Below are positions 21,458 through 31,402 of a DNA stretch of 62,476 nucleotides, one piece after another; position 1 is the first letter of the stretch, and the number at the start of each line of letters is the position of its first letter. Source of the stretch: an uncultured virus (IMG/VR IMGVR_UViG_3300033076_001192) (taxonomy: Duplodnaviria > Heunggongvirae > Uroviricota > Caudoviricetes); the IMG/VR virus record IMGVR_UViG_3300033076_001192; one strand, 5' to 3'. A program made the position numbers and the translations under genes. The notes under the pieces were generated by a model, which was not told the DNA's origin, ran no database searches, and saw nothing but the letters and a program-made list of their open reading frames with translations.

Positions 21458-21566
21458 TAGGTCTAGTACCTATCAATTCTAATTTAACACTTGCTAGGAT
21501 TTCTATAGCTTTTTTAATTGCATCTAATTCCTCTTCTGTTGCTTCTCTTTCTATTGTTACTTTCAT
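21447..21566 (-). CDS. Small hypothetical protein (39 aa)
   Basis: Manual translation MKVTIEREATEEELDAIKKAIEILASVKLELIGTRPNDR fills the gap, with an A-rich leader. Confidence 0.5.
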   Translation of the reverse strand: MKVTIEREATEEELDAIKKAIEILASVKLELIGTRPNDR

Positions 21567-21578
21567 TTTATTATTATT

Positions 21579-21606
21579 AAAAGGGAGGGAAATTACCCTC
21601 CCTTAA
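21579..21606 (-). terminator. Intrinsic terminator
   Basis: AAGGGAGGG-aaatta-CCCTCCCTT inverted repeat after the 741-aa gene, with a T-run on the minus strand. Confidence 0.75.
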
Positions 21607-21612
21607 TTTTTA

Positions 21613-23838
21613 TTAATTAGCTGTTGGATTTACTGTATCCACTCCTGCTTTTGATGCTAGAGTATTTAATAAAGTTTCCAATTGTGTGTGGTAACCAAAT
21701 TCTGCTACTAACATCACGGAATGTCCTATTTGACTTCTTCCTCCTACTCCTTGAGAGTATTTATTATCATCAAAAGTAACTTCATAAGTAACATATTGAC
21801 TTCTTAAATCAATCACACTTTCATCTCCAAAATTACCTCTGGCAAACGCATTACCTTCCATTCTATTTTCACCTAAATAATGAGCTCTGGAAACTTCTTC
21901 CCATCCTAGGAAATTAAAGCCTAATGCGTCTCTGTCTTGTTTTCTAGAAAGTCTTACAACTTTAAAAATGTCTGAATATACAGGTTGGAAGTTTTCATAT
22001 TCTGCTTCTAAGTAACCTCCTGCAACTTTAATATCTACTGAAGTTTCATAGAAAGGGATTTCATCTCTTACAATATCATAAGGTACTAAATCAAAAGGTT
22101 TTCCTTTAATTAAAATACCCATTTTTGCATTAGCATCTGAGGTAAATTCTTTTTTAACCCACTCTGTAAAGTCATATCCTACAGGAGCTTCTGATTTAAA
22201 AGGTTGTAAAAATATATCCGAACATTCATCGCAAACAATATCAGTAACTACATAAGTTGAGTATACTCTTTGGCATCCACCTGTAGTTGCTGTTGTTAAA
22301 TAATCTATTGTTCCTACTGTTTCTACTAATCCACCTGCTGTTGCTGTTACTGTTGGGAAACCTTCTGCTTTATCTGTAATAGTAATAACTGCTCCAGAAC
22401 TAGTTACTTCTGCTCCTGTACTATCTAAAATAGCAGCAGCGTGATTTGTTACAAAGTTAGCTGCTGTAGTAGTTGAGTTACTAGAATATGCTTCAGTGTA
22501 TGCTACTCCAGCAATATTTATAACAGCATTTCCTGAACTTCCAGATAAGGTGACTGTTTGTGTCGCCATTCCAGTTGGTAACCCTTCTTCTATTACTAAA
22601 TTAGGATAAAATTTTTGTAATTCAGCTAATCTACTTGCACCACAATCATTATCTTTTAACTGTATAGAGTATTGTTCTACAGAAGCGTAACAAACTTGTC
22701 CGTCTACCCAAGCAGTAGTTGTAGTAGTAGATTTAGAACAAACATCGGCTAAAGTTCCTAAATATTTTAATTCCGCTGTTGATTGTCTATCTCCTGCTGC
22801 GATAAAAGAAGCAATTTCTGCATCTGTTAAAGCGTTATCTAAAATAGCAGTATATGAACCTACTCCATCTTTTACACCTGCTTTAACAACTGTACCTGTT
22901 ACATAACCTGGTAATGCTTCAATTAAAGCTGTTTGGTCAGTTCCGTCGTCTTCTAAGTTGATATGGTAAACAACTCCTCCATCAATTTCTGTATATCCAA
23001 CTGCACAGTTTGCACAATCTTTTACTGATGCGTCAATAACTGTTTTAGAATATGCTGATAAAGATGCAGATACAGGATGTAAAATAGTGTACTCAGTTGT
23101 TCCTAAAGCCTCATTTCTATTAGTTTTTACAACTAAATAAGGGTATTGTGCTTGAACTAAAGCTAATGAATTAGCATCTCCCGCATCTACCAAAGTTAAT
23201 TTAGAAAATACATAAGGAATTCCTGTTAAGTTCTCATTAGAGCTGTCTACAATTTTAATATCAACTAAGTCTGTTAATTTTTTATTTGCAGGTAATTTAA
23301 AATCTTGTAATTGTTTTACTGCTCTTCTAACAGCTTCTTGATTAGTTTCTCCTACTTTTCTTCCAAAGTGAATTTTAACTGGATAATCACATCCTTTACT
23401 TCTCGAAAAAACTTCTATAGGTTTTCCTGATAAAATTACATCTAATACTGTAGTTTGCCCTTCTGCTAAATCAATTGCAGAATCAGCGTTTACTCCATCA
23501 TACCCTATTAAAACTTCATCAAAGGTTCTTTTTGTATGTTTTGGAAAGTTTGCTTTAATGCTTACAATGTCTTTGCTTGTAAACCAAGAAGTTGAATAGT
23601 TTGGAGCGTAAGGTGAACGTAAATCACTTGGTAATTTATGTCGTCCTACCATAAATTTTATTGGGGCGTCTTTCGGTAATCCTGCAAAATCTGAAACAAC
23701 TTTTAATCCTCCAGCAACAGGTTTATCTGTAACTATTGCGAATTGTCCTTTTGCTAAATTTCCTGAAGCACCATCTGTTTTTACTAAACCCTTGTATATA
23801 AAAAGCGGTTTATCAATTGGCGAGTGTAATCCTGGCAT
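21613..23838 (-). CDS. Auxiliary capsid/major structural protein
   Basis: 741 aa, Ala/Thr-rich, strong codon bias, followed by a terminator; crassvirus auxiliary capsid position. Confidence 0.55.
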   Translation of the reverse strand: MPGLHSPIDKPLFIYKGLVKTDGASGNLAKGQFAIVTDKPVAGGLKVVSDFAGLPKDAPIKFMVGRHKLPSDLRSPYAPNYSTSWFTSKDIVSIKANFPKHTKRTFDEVLIGYDGVNADSAIDLAEGQTTVLDVILSGKPIEVFSRSKGCDYPVKIHFGRKVGETNQEAVRRAVKQLQDFKLPANKKLTDLVDIKIVDSSNENLTGIPYVFSKLTLVDAGDANSLALVQAQYPYLVVKTNRNEALGTTEYTILHPVSASLSAYSKTVIDASVKDCANCAVGYTEIDGGVVYHINLEDDGTDQTALIEALPGYVTGTVVKAGVKDGVGSYTAILDNALTDAEIASFIAAGDRQSTAELKYLGTLADVCSKSTTTTTAWVDGQVCYASVEQYSIQLKDNDCGASRLAELQKFYPNLVIEEGLPTGMATQTVTLSGSSGNAVINIAGVAYTEAYSSNSTTTAANFVTNHAAAILDSTGAEVTSSGAVITITDKAEGFPTVTATAGGLVETVGTIDYLTTATTGGCQRVYSTYVVTDIVCDECSDIFLQPFKSEAPVGYDFTEWVKKEFTSDANAKMGILIKGKPFDLVPYDIVRDEIPFYETSVDIKVAGGYLEAEYENFQPVYSDIFKVVRLSRKQDRDALGFNFLGWEEVSRAHYLGENRMEGNAFARGNFGDESVIDLRSQYVTYEVTFDDNKYSQGVGGRSQIGHSVMLVAEFGYHTQLETLLNTLASKAGVDTVNPTAN

Positions 23839-23863
23839 AGTTTTTAATTTAAATTTTAGTTAA

Positions 23864-24523
23864 TTATTTTTGTATTCTTAATGTTTGTAATTGAAATCTT
23901 GGATTGTTTTGGTTAATATCTAAAGAGAAAACCATTAATGAAATAATATCGTCTAAGGATTTATCATCCCATTCTATAGGAAAGTTTTCATCAAAATTAG
24001 ACTCTGGGTTGTTTTGGTCAACCAATTTTATTTGATTAGGGTAGCGGTAGTAATTTAGTAAAATTTCGCTAATAGAAAAATCTGTTGTGTAGATAGATAA
24101 ATTGTCAGAATTTATAGTAAAAGGGGCTTCTCTCCATTCAAAAGAAGGTTGATTGAATTCATCATTTAAAACTTCATTTAAATTTTCAGTTTTAATTTCA
24201 AATAAACTTATAATATCTGAGCAATTTTCTTTTTTAGCTTTAGCTCTTACATCAGCTAAATCAAAATAGTTTTTTGGAAGTTTAAAATTATACTTTCCTT
24301 GAGTTTTAGAAATGTAAGGTATTTTTTCATCTAAAATTAAAAATTTTTGAATATACCTTACATCATCTATTCCTCTGTTTTGTAAATGAAGTGTCAAAAA
24401 TTTATTTTGAGCTTCATTAAATAACAAGCATTTTCTTAACCTATCTGTTGCAATTCCATCGTTTACAGCATTTTTTTCTGCTTTAACGTGAAATCTATCC
24501 ATTGCTTGTTCTATAGTTATCAT
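23864..24523 (-). CDS. Tail ring/head-tail connector protein
   Basis: LFNEAQ, PSFEWRE and LNYYRYP motifs; synteny. Confidence 0.55.
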   Translation of the reverse strand: MITIEQAMDRFHVKAEKNAVNDGIATDRLRKCLLFNEAQNKFLTLHLQNRGIDDVRYIQKFLILDEKIPYISKTQGKYNFKLPKNYFDLADVRAKAKKENCSDIISLFEIKTENLNEVLNDEFNQPSFEWREAPFTINSDNLSIYTTDFSISEILLNYYRYPNQIKLVDQNNPESNFDENFPIEWDDKSLDDIISLMVFSLDINQNNPRFQLQTLRIQK

Positions 24524-25509
24524 TTATTAAATGCGTTATCGTATTCTGTTTGTAAAAGGTTGGCTATATCATGGTTATTCAAAGCTTTTTGAGCTATCTC
24601 ATGCATAGTATTCCCTAATAACATTCCTTCTAAATAAAGAGAATTATTTTTCTTACTTATTTTATTCTTCATAAGTAATTTTTGACCCATGATGAAATAT
24701 TCCATTCTTTTTTGACCTTCATCTGTGTCGTACATTTCTAATCCCTCTAAAAATCTTCTAGAAAAATCATATCCTGATGTTGGATTATCAAAAGAACGTA
24801 AGAAAGTAGTTTTAATTACTTTTTTATCCATTTCTCTTACATTAGTCATTTGAATCCATTCTAATACGGAGTATAGTTTTTCCTCTTCTGAATCTAGTAA
24901 AGATAAAAACTTATACATAGCTGTAGCTTTATCTTCTAATCTTTCTTCTTCTAGAGTTTTTTCTACTGTGATATTTTTAATGCAGTAATTAGCTTTTTGT
25001 AGTGTACTATCTTTTTCTCCTGGATTACATAATTTTCCTTTAGTGAGAGCATGAAATAAATCAAATAATCCTTTAGGGTCATTTGTTTTGAAAGTACCAT
25101 CTGTTTTTAATTCGTATTTATATTTATCCCAAAATTCGTTATTTGTTTCAGATACATCTACTTTATAAGCTTTTTCGTAAGGTTCTTTTATATATTTTAC
25201 GTATTTTTCAATCTCTGGTAAATCTTCGTTTAACATTTCAGATAAACATAAAGATTGAGGATAAAATCCCGTATCCCACGCTCTTCTGTTTTCATCATAA
25301 GGAATACTTCTTACTTCTTTATTTCCCTCATGTAAAAATTTCGTAGTCCCTTTTGCAATCATACCGTCTGGAGCACCCATATCTTTTTTAGGAACTATTT
25401 CATAAGATTCTCCTAATGTTATTACAGTATTTGCTATTTTAATTTTGATATCTTTATCTCTTTTTAAAGAACTTGAAGGTCTCCCTGGTTTTTGTTTAAC
25501 TTCAGTCAT
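24520..25509 (-). CDS. Conserved virion protein downstream of MCP (portal-vertex-like)
   Basis: Synteny; NNEFWD motif. Confidence 0.4.
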   Translation of the reverse strand: MTEVKQKPGRPSSSLKRDKDIKIKIANTVITLGESYEIVPKKDMGAPDGMIAKGTTKFLHEGNKEVRSIPYDENRRAWDTGFYPQSLCLSEMLNEDLPEIEKYVKYIKEPYEKAYKVDVSETNNEFWDKYKYELKTDGTFKTNDPKGLFDLFHALTKGKLCNPGEKDSTLQKANYCIKNITVEKTLEEERLEDKATAMYKFLSLLDSEEEKLYSVLEWIQMTNVREMDKKVIKTTFLRSFDNPTSGYDFSRRFLEGLEMYDTDEGQKRMEYFIMGQKLLMKNKISKKNNSLYLEGMLLGNTMHEIAQKALNNHDIANLLQTEYDNAFNK

Positions 25510-25541
25510 TGGTTTAATTTGGTTTTTCTTGGTTTTTAAAT

Positions 25542-25568
25542 AACTCCCCCATAAAAATGAGGGAGTTT
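25542..25568 (-). terminator. Intrinsic terminator after major capsid gene
   Basis: AACTCCC...GGGAGTT hairpin. Confidence 0.7.
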
Positions 25569-25576
25569 ATCTTATC

Positions 25577-27280
25577 TTAATTATATCCTTTTCTAGCAGA
25601 TTCTTCTAATTCTACCATTAAGAATTTACTTGGGTCTCTCATCCACATAGCTCCAAATCCAAAAATGAAGAACTCTTCTGTCATTGTCTTAGCTGTAGCT
25701 ATAATATCTGTAGCACTAGATTGGTTGTATCTTCCATTTTGTCTACCCCAATATACCGATTCACCCATAGGTTTAATCATGTAAATATTAGCAGACTTAT
25801 TATTTCCTAATACTTTTACGCTATCAGGCATTTTTGCATTGTTAGAATAAGTTTGGTCAGTTACATCCCAAATTATACCACTATAAGCTGTATAATCCAT
25901 TCCGTTAGGATTAAATCCTCTAAGATTTTTATCCGTAACATTCATATAATTCATTGTTTTATCCTCAATAGCCTCTACCCATCCAATTCCTGGAAGATTT
26001 ACAGTTTTAGCTTTAATTAAAGCTAAGGATAATTCATTTAATTTACCAGAAACAGGGTTTGATGTTAAAACTCTTTCACTTCCTAGTAAAGGTGCAATAA
26101 CTTGTAATTGTTGATTAAATTCTTTTTGAATAAGTGTTTCAATGTTATTATATAACTCCGAACCACATTTTATTCTCATAATAGAATCCTCAATTTTCAT
26201 ATTTACGTTTCCTTTAAATACGTAATCTCTGATTAATTTTAAATCTTCTAAAGAGAAACCTCCACGTCTTCCATAAGTATGAACAAAACCTCTTCGCATT
26301 TGTCTCCAAAGCCCTTCATTATATCTAATTACTCCTTTTGAAGTAGAGAAAGAGAATCCTGGTTGGAACATCAAAGATGTGTTAAAGTTTCTTGTAAACT
26401 TTTGAATAGCTAACATCTCTAAAATAGACCCAACTGTAAATTTATGTTTACCTGCTCTATCTTTATATACACCTACTAAAACTTCTTTATTGTTGTTCCA
26501 GTATTGTTCTACTTCATTGATATAATCTTGAGTTGAGGCAGAAGTGTATCCTGGCATTAAACTAACAGAGTTTGCTTTTCCAGTAAACCATGTTTCTACC
26601 CCTTGTCCTGCACCTAATTTAAATTTACAAGTCATGTAATTAGTTCCTGTTGGCATACCAACTTTAGCTAATTGTTCTGTATATTCACCAACAGCAGAAG
26701 AGCTCATTTCAAAATATTGAATATCTTTTTTCAAGTATGCTCTATTATAAGTTTTATCAGGGTCTTGTTCTGCTCCTGCTAAAACAACTAAATGTTCAAA
26801 TCCATATCCTAAGTTACGAACAGGTGCAATATCAGAAATTACTAATACATCTCCATCCATACCTTGGCAAGAGATAGTTTGAAAAGGAGACATTTCTTTA
26901 TTTAAAACAATTCTAAATGTAGAACCCCCTAATCCACACAATTCTTGGTCAGAAGTATCATCTACTGTTTTCATTGAATGGTCTGTTTCAATTGGTAATT
27001 GGTAATGGAATTCTCCTTCCCATCCATTAACTTCTAATATAGCATCGTGTTTTATCACGTCTTGAAATAATGGAAGTCTTGAAACATCTTGTTGCCCAAA
27101 ATAGCTATCTAATTTTAGCATATTTTTCATAGGGTCTTCTTTAAACCAAGTACTTAAAGTAGAAAAATCTTGGTATCCTTGGGAATTGATTAAAGCATTA
27201 GTTTCATTTGCCGAAGCAGTTGTGAAACTAGTGACCATATCCCCATTGTTAGTTAGTGGTTGATTTGTAAAAAAACTCAT
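25577..27280 (-). CDS. Major capsid protein
   Basis: 567 aa; EGLWRQ and IWDVTD motifs, GAMWMRDPSK C-terminus; portal-scaffold-MCP synteny. Confidence 0.8.
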   Translation of the reverse strand: MSFFTNQPLTNNGDMVTSFTTASANETNALINSQGYQDFSTLSTWFKEDPMKNMLKLDSYFGQQDVSRLPLFQDVIKHDAILEVNGWEGEFHYQLPIETDHSMKTVDDTSDQELCGLGGSTFRIVLNKEMSPFQTISCQGMDGDVLVISDIAPVRNLGYGFEHLVVLAGAEQDPDKTYNRAYLKKDIQYFEMSSSAVGEYTEQLAKVGMPTGTNYMTCKFKLGAGQGVETWFTGKANSVSLMPGYTSASTQDYINEVEQYWNNNKEVLVGVYKDRAGKHKFTVGSILEMLAIQKFTRNFNTSLMFQPGFSFSTSKGVIRYNEGLWRQMRRGFVHTYGRRGGFSLEDLKLIRDYVFKGNVNMKIEDSIMRIKCGSELYNNIETLIQKEFNQQLQVIAPLLGSERVLTSNPVSGKLNELSLALIKAKTVNLPGIGWVEAIEDKTMNYMNVTDKNLRGFNPNGMDYTAYSGIIWDVTDQTYSNNAKMPDSVKVLGNNKSANIYMIKPMGESVYWGRQNGRYNQSSATDIIATAKTMTEEFFIFGFGAMWMRDPSKFLMVELEESARKGYN

Positions 27281-27303
27281 AGTGTCTAAAGTGTATAATT
27301 TTA

Positions 27304-28413
27304 TTATTTGTTATTTCTGTTGAAGAAATTTTTCAATTCTTCTTCTTTTTTTTGTTCAGAAGTAGCAGGAGGTTGAACTTCTGTCTTTATATTTTTAGTA
27401 TTTATTTTTAATACTTTATTTACTTGTTCTAAAGTAGCTTTATTTTTTACTTTTACTCCTAAAAACTTTTTAAACTCTTCTCTATTATTTAAAAAGAAAG
27501 AAATTTCTGTATGTAATTCAGGGTCATTTTTAGAATCAAAATATAATTTATCTGTATTTGTTAAACCTACTTCATCTGTTGTTGTTGTGTTTTCTAAAAT
27601 CACTTTAGAGATATTTTCTGGTAGGTTGTATTCTTTAAGAATATTGTTTACATTTTTTTTAAATTCTTTTTGTTGCTTTTTTTCTTCTTCTATGGCATCT
27701 AATTGTTCTTTTTTCTTAGCTTCGATGAACTCATCTACCTTTTTATTAATATTTTCAGCAATTTTTTTAGCTTCTACATCTAAAGTAAAATCCTCTTTCA
27801 TTGCTTCAATTTGAGCATCAATTACTTTAGGTTTAATATTTTGAGATTGTAAATCTAAACGAACTAATCTTTCTTGGTCTGACTCTAATTCTAGATTAAA
27901 ATCTTTTAATGGGTTTGTATATTGAACTTCTACCTCTATGAGTTCAGAAAGGTCTCCTCCAGCTTTTTTAAGCTCTATCATCTTTTTAGTCCTTTCGTCT
28001 AATCCCTCTGTTGAGATATATCTCTCTTTTATTTCCTCGTCTTTAGATTTTTTATAATGTTGAATAACTGCTTTTAAAGTGTCTTCATCTATATCTTTAT
28101 AATCCGAAAGAAATACTACTTTTTTATCATCTCCATCACCTATTTCTATTTCAATATCCTCAATTAAACCATTTTCTATATAATCAATCACTTTATTATA
28201 TACAAGTTGTGTTTGAGATTCATTTGTAGGCTCTGTAAGTTGCTCTTCCTCTTCTACAGTTTCAGGTTCTTCATTAGAAGGTTCAATAGTAGGAATTAAT
28301 TTTTCTAATAAGCTATTAGAGTTTTCCTCTGCTTGTTCTGGTTCTTTATTAACAGCTTTTAAAAAATCTTCAATTTTTAATACTTCTGTTGTTGTGTTTT
28401 CTTGGTCATTCAT
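27304..28413 (-). CDS. Acidic scaffold-like protein
   Basis: Very E/D/K-rich coiled coil between portal and MCP. Confidence 0.55.
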   Translation of the reverse strand: MNDQENTTTEVLKIEDFLKAVNKEPEQAEENSNSLLEKLIPTIEPSNEEPETVEEEEQLTEPTNESQTQLVYNKVIDYIENGLIEDIEIEIGDGDDKKVVFLSDYKDIDEDTLKAVIQHYKKSKDEEIKERYISTEGLDERTKKMIELKKAGGDLSELIEVEVQYTNPLKDFNLELESDQERLVRLDLQSQNIKPKVIDAQIEAMKEDFTLDVEAKKIAENINKKVDEFIEAKKKEQLDAIEEEKKQQKEFKKNVNNILKEYNLPENISKVILENTTTTDEVGLTNTDKLYFDSKNDPELHTEISFFLNNREEFKKFLGVKVKNKATLEQVNKVLKINTKNIKTEVQPPATSEQKKEEELKNFFNRNNK

Positions 28414-28421
28414 TTATTTTG

Positions 28422-28461
28422 CAAATTTAAATTGGTTTTTTCGATTTTCAAAATCTCTAAA
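28422..28461 (-). promoter_or_regulatory. Late promoter
   Basis: Minus strand TTTAGAGATTTTG-N19-TAAATTTG. Confidence 0.65.
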
Positions 28462-28513
28462 GTTTAATATATAACAATAAAAAAATTCTTTAGAGATAAA
28501 AAAATTTTTTATT

Positions 28514-31327
28514 TTAGTTTTTATTTAGTGTACTCACTTTTTCTTGTACATCTAAAGCTCTCTCTCTTATTAACATTTCTTTAGCTTTTTGATTTATTTT
28601 TGCTAACTCTATTTTTCTTCTTTCGGCATCATCTGTTTGTTTTCTTACATTGTCTTGATACTTCAAATCAATATTTTGTTGTGCCTGGTTATTAGTTAAA
28701 GCTTGTTGTGTTTCTTGATTTATTCTATCAAATATTTCTAAATCTGTAACTTTTTTATCAGCAGCTCTTCCATAAGCGTTGATTTCTGCTGTTTGTATAT
28801 CTCCCTTATTTTTTAATATTTGTATGTCTAACTCATGTTTTTTGTTTCTGACATCTTTATCTGCTTCAGCTTTTAAAAGTTTGTCATTTTCTTGGGATTG
28901 GAATTTTCTATCTTCTTGTATATTCTTTTCTTTTCTAGCTCTCATATCTAAAGTAGCTTGTTTCAACTCTAAAATTACAGGATTTGTCATAATATCTATT
29001 ATATCTGCAAAATCCTTTTCTAGGGTATTATCATTCATCACTATCTGTCTGATAGCTTCAACAATTTTTCTATCTTTAGTATTTGTCACTGGTAATATGG
29101 AAAGTTTTCTTAATGGGAATAATTCTCCATCTTCTGCTAATATATCTATAAAAGATATTTCACCATCTCCTTTTCTTATAAGTCTAGTGTTTTCTTTTTT
29201 ATTAGTTTCACAATACTGTGCTATCGCAATATGAAGTTCATTTGACTTTGCTTTTGCAGTATTGAATTTTTCTATTACAGAATTCAACAAAGCAAAAGAT
29301 GCACTAGCTCCTTGTTGTACGCCTTCTGCTGTTATATATTTTGAAGGTTGTCCTAATAATTGAGGAGTTATTCCGATTTGACTGAAAGCTTCTTGCTTAT
29401 AATATTCAGCCATCTCTCTTCTATATTGAACTTGGGAGGCAAAAATAACCTCTTGTCTTTGAAATACATTAGGATAAGTTGGGTTATTTTGGGTATTTTG
29501 TCTAGATAAATCTAATCCTAATAAAGCTGTACTTTTTATAGCTTCTCTAGCATTTAATAAAGTTTCTTCTGTTGATTCATCTTGATATTCTGAAGGTAAT
29601 CCTGTAATATCAAAAGTAAAGAAAACACCAAGTTCTTTTTCTAATAACTCTGTATTTTGATTCATACAGATATTATGTAATTGTTGGTAAGGAAGTATTT
29701 TTGTTATTAAACTATTAGATATTATTCCTCCAATTGGAATTCTAACTTGATAAAAATCACTATCTCCTTTTATCTGATAATCTAAAGGTTCAACTTTTAA
29801 ATATAAATCTTCTTTAATTGTAGAAGCATTATTTTTTATTTTTATTCCGTGCCATATTTCTGGCACATAATGATAGCTTATTGTATTTCTAAAAGTTTCT
29901 AATTCTCCTTTTTCTAAAGATTTTTGTAACTTATCAATAGAAAGATTTTTATTTACTTTTATATCATTTTCTTCTAAAAACTCTGGTAATAATTCATCTG
30001 TAGTTATTTCTAACTCTAATTGTCCTTGTTCATTTTCATAAATCAAAATACCTATTCTTTTCATAGAACGCCAATAAACTTCCATGACTCTTATAGTATC
30101 TTGTCTTACATCGATATCTTCTCTAAGGTATGCGGAATAATAACCTGAATTAAATGGAGTAAATTCATTTTCCATTCTAGGCATCCAATGTTTATCAATA
30201 GAACCGTCTTGATTCATTGTTCTTCCTAAAGGTACTCCTAAAGCAGCCTCCATTTGAAGATTTATCTCGTGGTCAAGGTAATTATGGAATGGTGTAACCA
30301 CTTGTTTAGGAAAGATATTATCTATAAATGTTCCTGTACTAGAAATATCTCCGTTTTTATAGTTTGAGGATTGATTCCAATAGTTTCCTATTTTTTCCTG
30401 CTCACTTGTAGTCATTAAATGACCATATCTTTGTAAGATTTGAGAAATAGACATAGTAGTTATTCTACCTACATAATCTAAATCTTGTGGATATTCACAA
30501 TCTACATCTTGAGAGAAAAATACTTCCTCTGGTAACCATCTTTCTATATCGTAGTAGTCAAACCCAACTTTATAATGTCTAAAAAATCTTCCTGTTAATA
30601 TATAATCTGTAAGTGCTTTTCTATCTTCTTGATGTAAGTTAAATCTTTTTTTATCTGAATCTAAAACATTATTTGCCCATTCAGTGGCTAATACTTTAAA
30701 ATTTTTAGAAAGATTTTTCTCTATTTCTGAAGGAGTTAGTGCTTTTACTTGCGCATCTAATTCTGCTAAATATTGTTGTTTTTCCTCCTCAGATTGAAAC
30801 TCTTTTTGATTAGGGTTAATACCTTTTGAAATTAACATTCTATCAATTTCTGCTTTAAAAACAGCTTGAGCATAAGAATGTAATTTTTCTGTTCTTTGTC
30901 TTATATATTCATTTGTAGAATATTCGTCAAAACTTTCTACTCTATATAAGTCCTCCATATCATCGTAAACACCTACTATAGCGTTTACAATAATTCCTAT
31001 AAAATCAAAATGTTTTATATAAGTTGGTATACCTACATTTTGTCTTAAAAGTCTAACTTGTTTGTCAAACCAAGGTAAACCCATAGGGTTATCTTCTATA
31101 TCCACTGCTTTGTAAGTGAATTCTCCTTGGGTCATTTTTCTTGCGTCGGCAAAAATATAGTTTTTCTCTAATTGGCGAATACCCTCAGTTTCTAAAGCAT
31201 CTATAGTAGCTTTTTTCCAACCATCTCCTTTTTTACTTATAGGTAACGTCTGTCTAGGAATAGCTCTAGAAGTAGTAGCTCCTCCATTTATTCTATTAAA
31301 AAATTGATATTCGTGATTATTAGACAT
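28514..31327 (-). CDS. Portal protein
   Basis: 937 aa; PRQTLP..KK...W start, EVYWRSMKRIG, EIWHGIKI, PYQQLHNI, GITPQLLG as in crassvirus portals. Confidence 0.85.
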   Translation of the reverse strand: MSNNHEYQFFNRINGGATTSRAIPRQTLPISKKGDGWKKATIDALETEGIRQLEKNYIFADARKMTQGEFTYKAVDIEDNPMGLPWFDKQVRLLRQNVGIPTYIKHFDFIGIIVNAIVGVYDDMEDLYRVESFDEYSTNEYIRQRTEKLHSYAQAVFKAEIDRMLISKGINPNQKEFQSEEEKQQYLAELDAQVKALTPSEIEKNLSKNFKVLATEWANNVLDSDKKRFNLHQEDRKALTDYILTGRFFRHYKVGFDYYDIERWLPEEVFFSQDVDCEYPQDLDYVGRITTMSISQILQRYGHLMTTSEQEKIGNYWNQSSNYKNGDISSTGTFIDNIFPKQVVTPFHNYLDHEINLQMEAALGVPLGRTMNQDGSIDKHWMPRMENEFTPFNSGYYSAYLREDIDVRQDTIRVMEVYWRSMKRIGILIYENEQGQLELEITTDELLPEFLEENDIKVNKNLSIDKLQKSLEKGELETFRNTISYHYVPEIWHGIKIKNNASTIKEDLYLKVEPLDYQIKGDSDFYQVRIPIGGIISNSLITKILPYQQLHNICMNQNTELLEKELGVFFTFDITGLPSEYQDESTEETLLNAREAIKSTALLGLDLSRQNTQNNPTYPNVFQRQEVIFASQVQYRREMAEYYKQEAFSQIGITPQLLGQPSKYITAEGVQQGASASFALLNSVIEKFNTAKAKSNELHIAIAQYCETNKKENTRLIRKGDGEISFIDILAEDGELFPLRKLSILPVTNTKDRKIVEAIRQIVMNDNTLEKDFADIIDIMTNPVILELKQATLDMRARKEKNIQEDRKFQSQENDKLLKAEADKDVRNKKHELDIQILKNKGDIQTAEINAYGRAADKKVTDLEIFDRINQETQQALTNNQAQQNIDLKYQDNVRKQTDDAERRKIELAKINQKAKEMLIRERALDVQEKVSTLNKN

Positions 31328-31348
31328 TATTTTTATTTAGATAATTTG

Positions 31349-31388
31349 CAAATTTAATTATTATTACATAACTTTGCAAAACTCTAAA
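31349..31388 (-). promoter_or_regulatory. Late promoter
   Basis: Minus strand TTTAGAGTTTTG-N20-TAAATTTG. Confidence 0.65.
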
Positions 31389-31402
31389 TTAGAACGTTAG
31401 AA

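Noticed and set aside
2441..29234. Plus-strand ORFs within the late module (e.g. 7899-8462, 17502-17801, 28779-29234)
   Set aside because: Antisense shadows of long minus-strand genes with no recognisable motifs.
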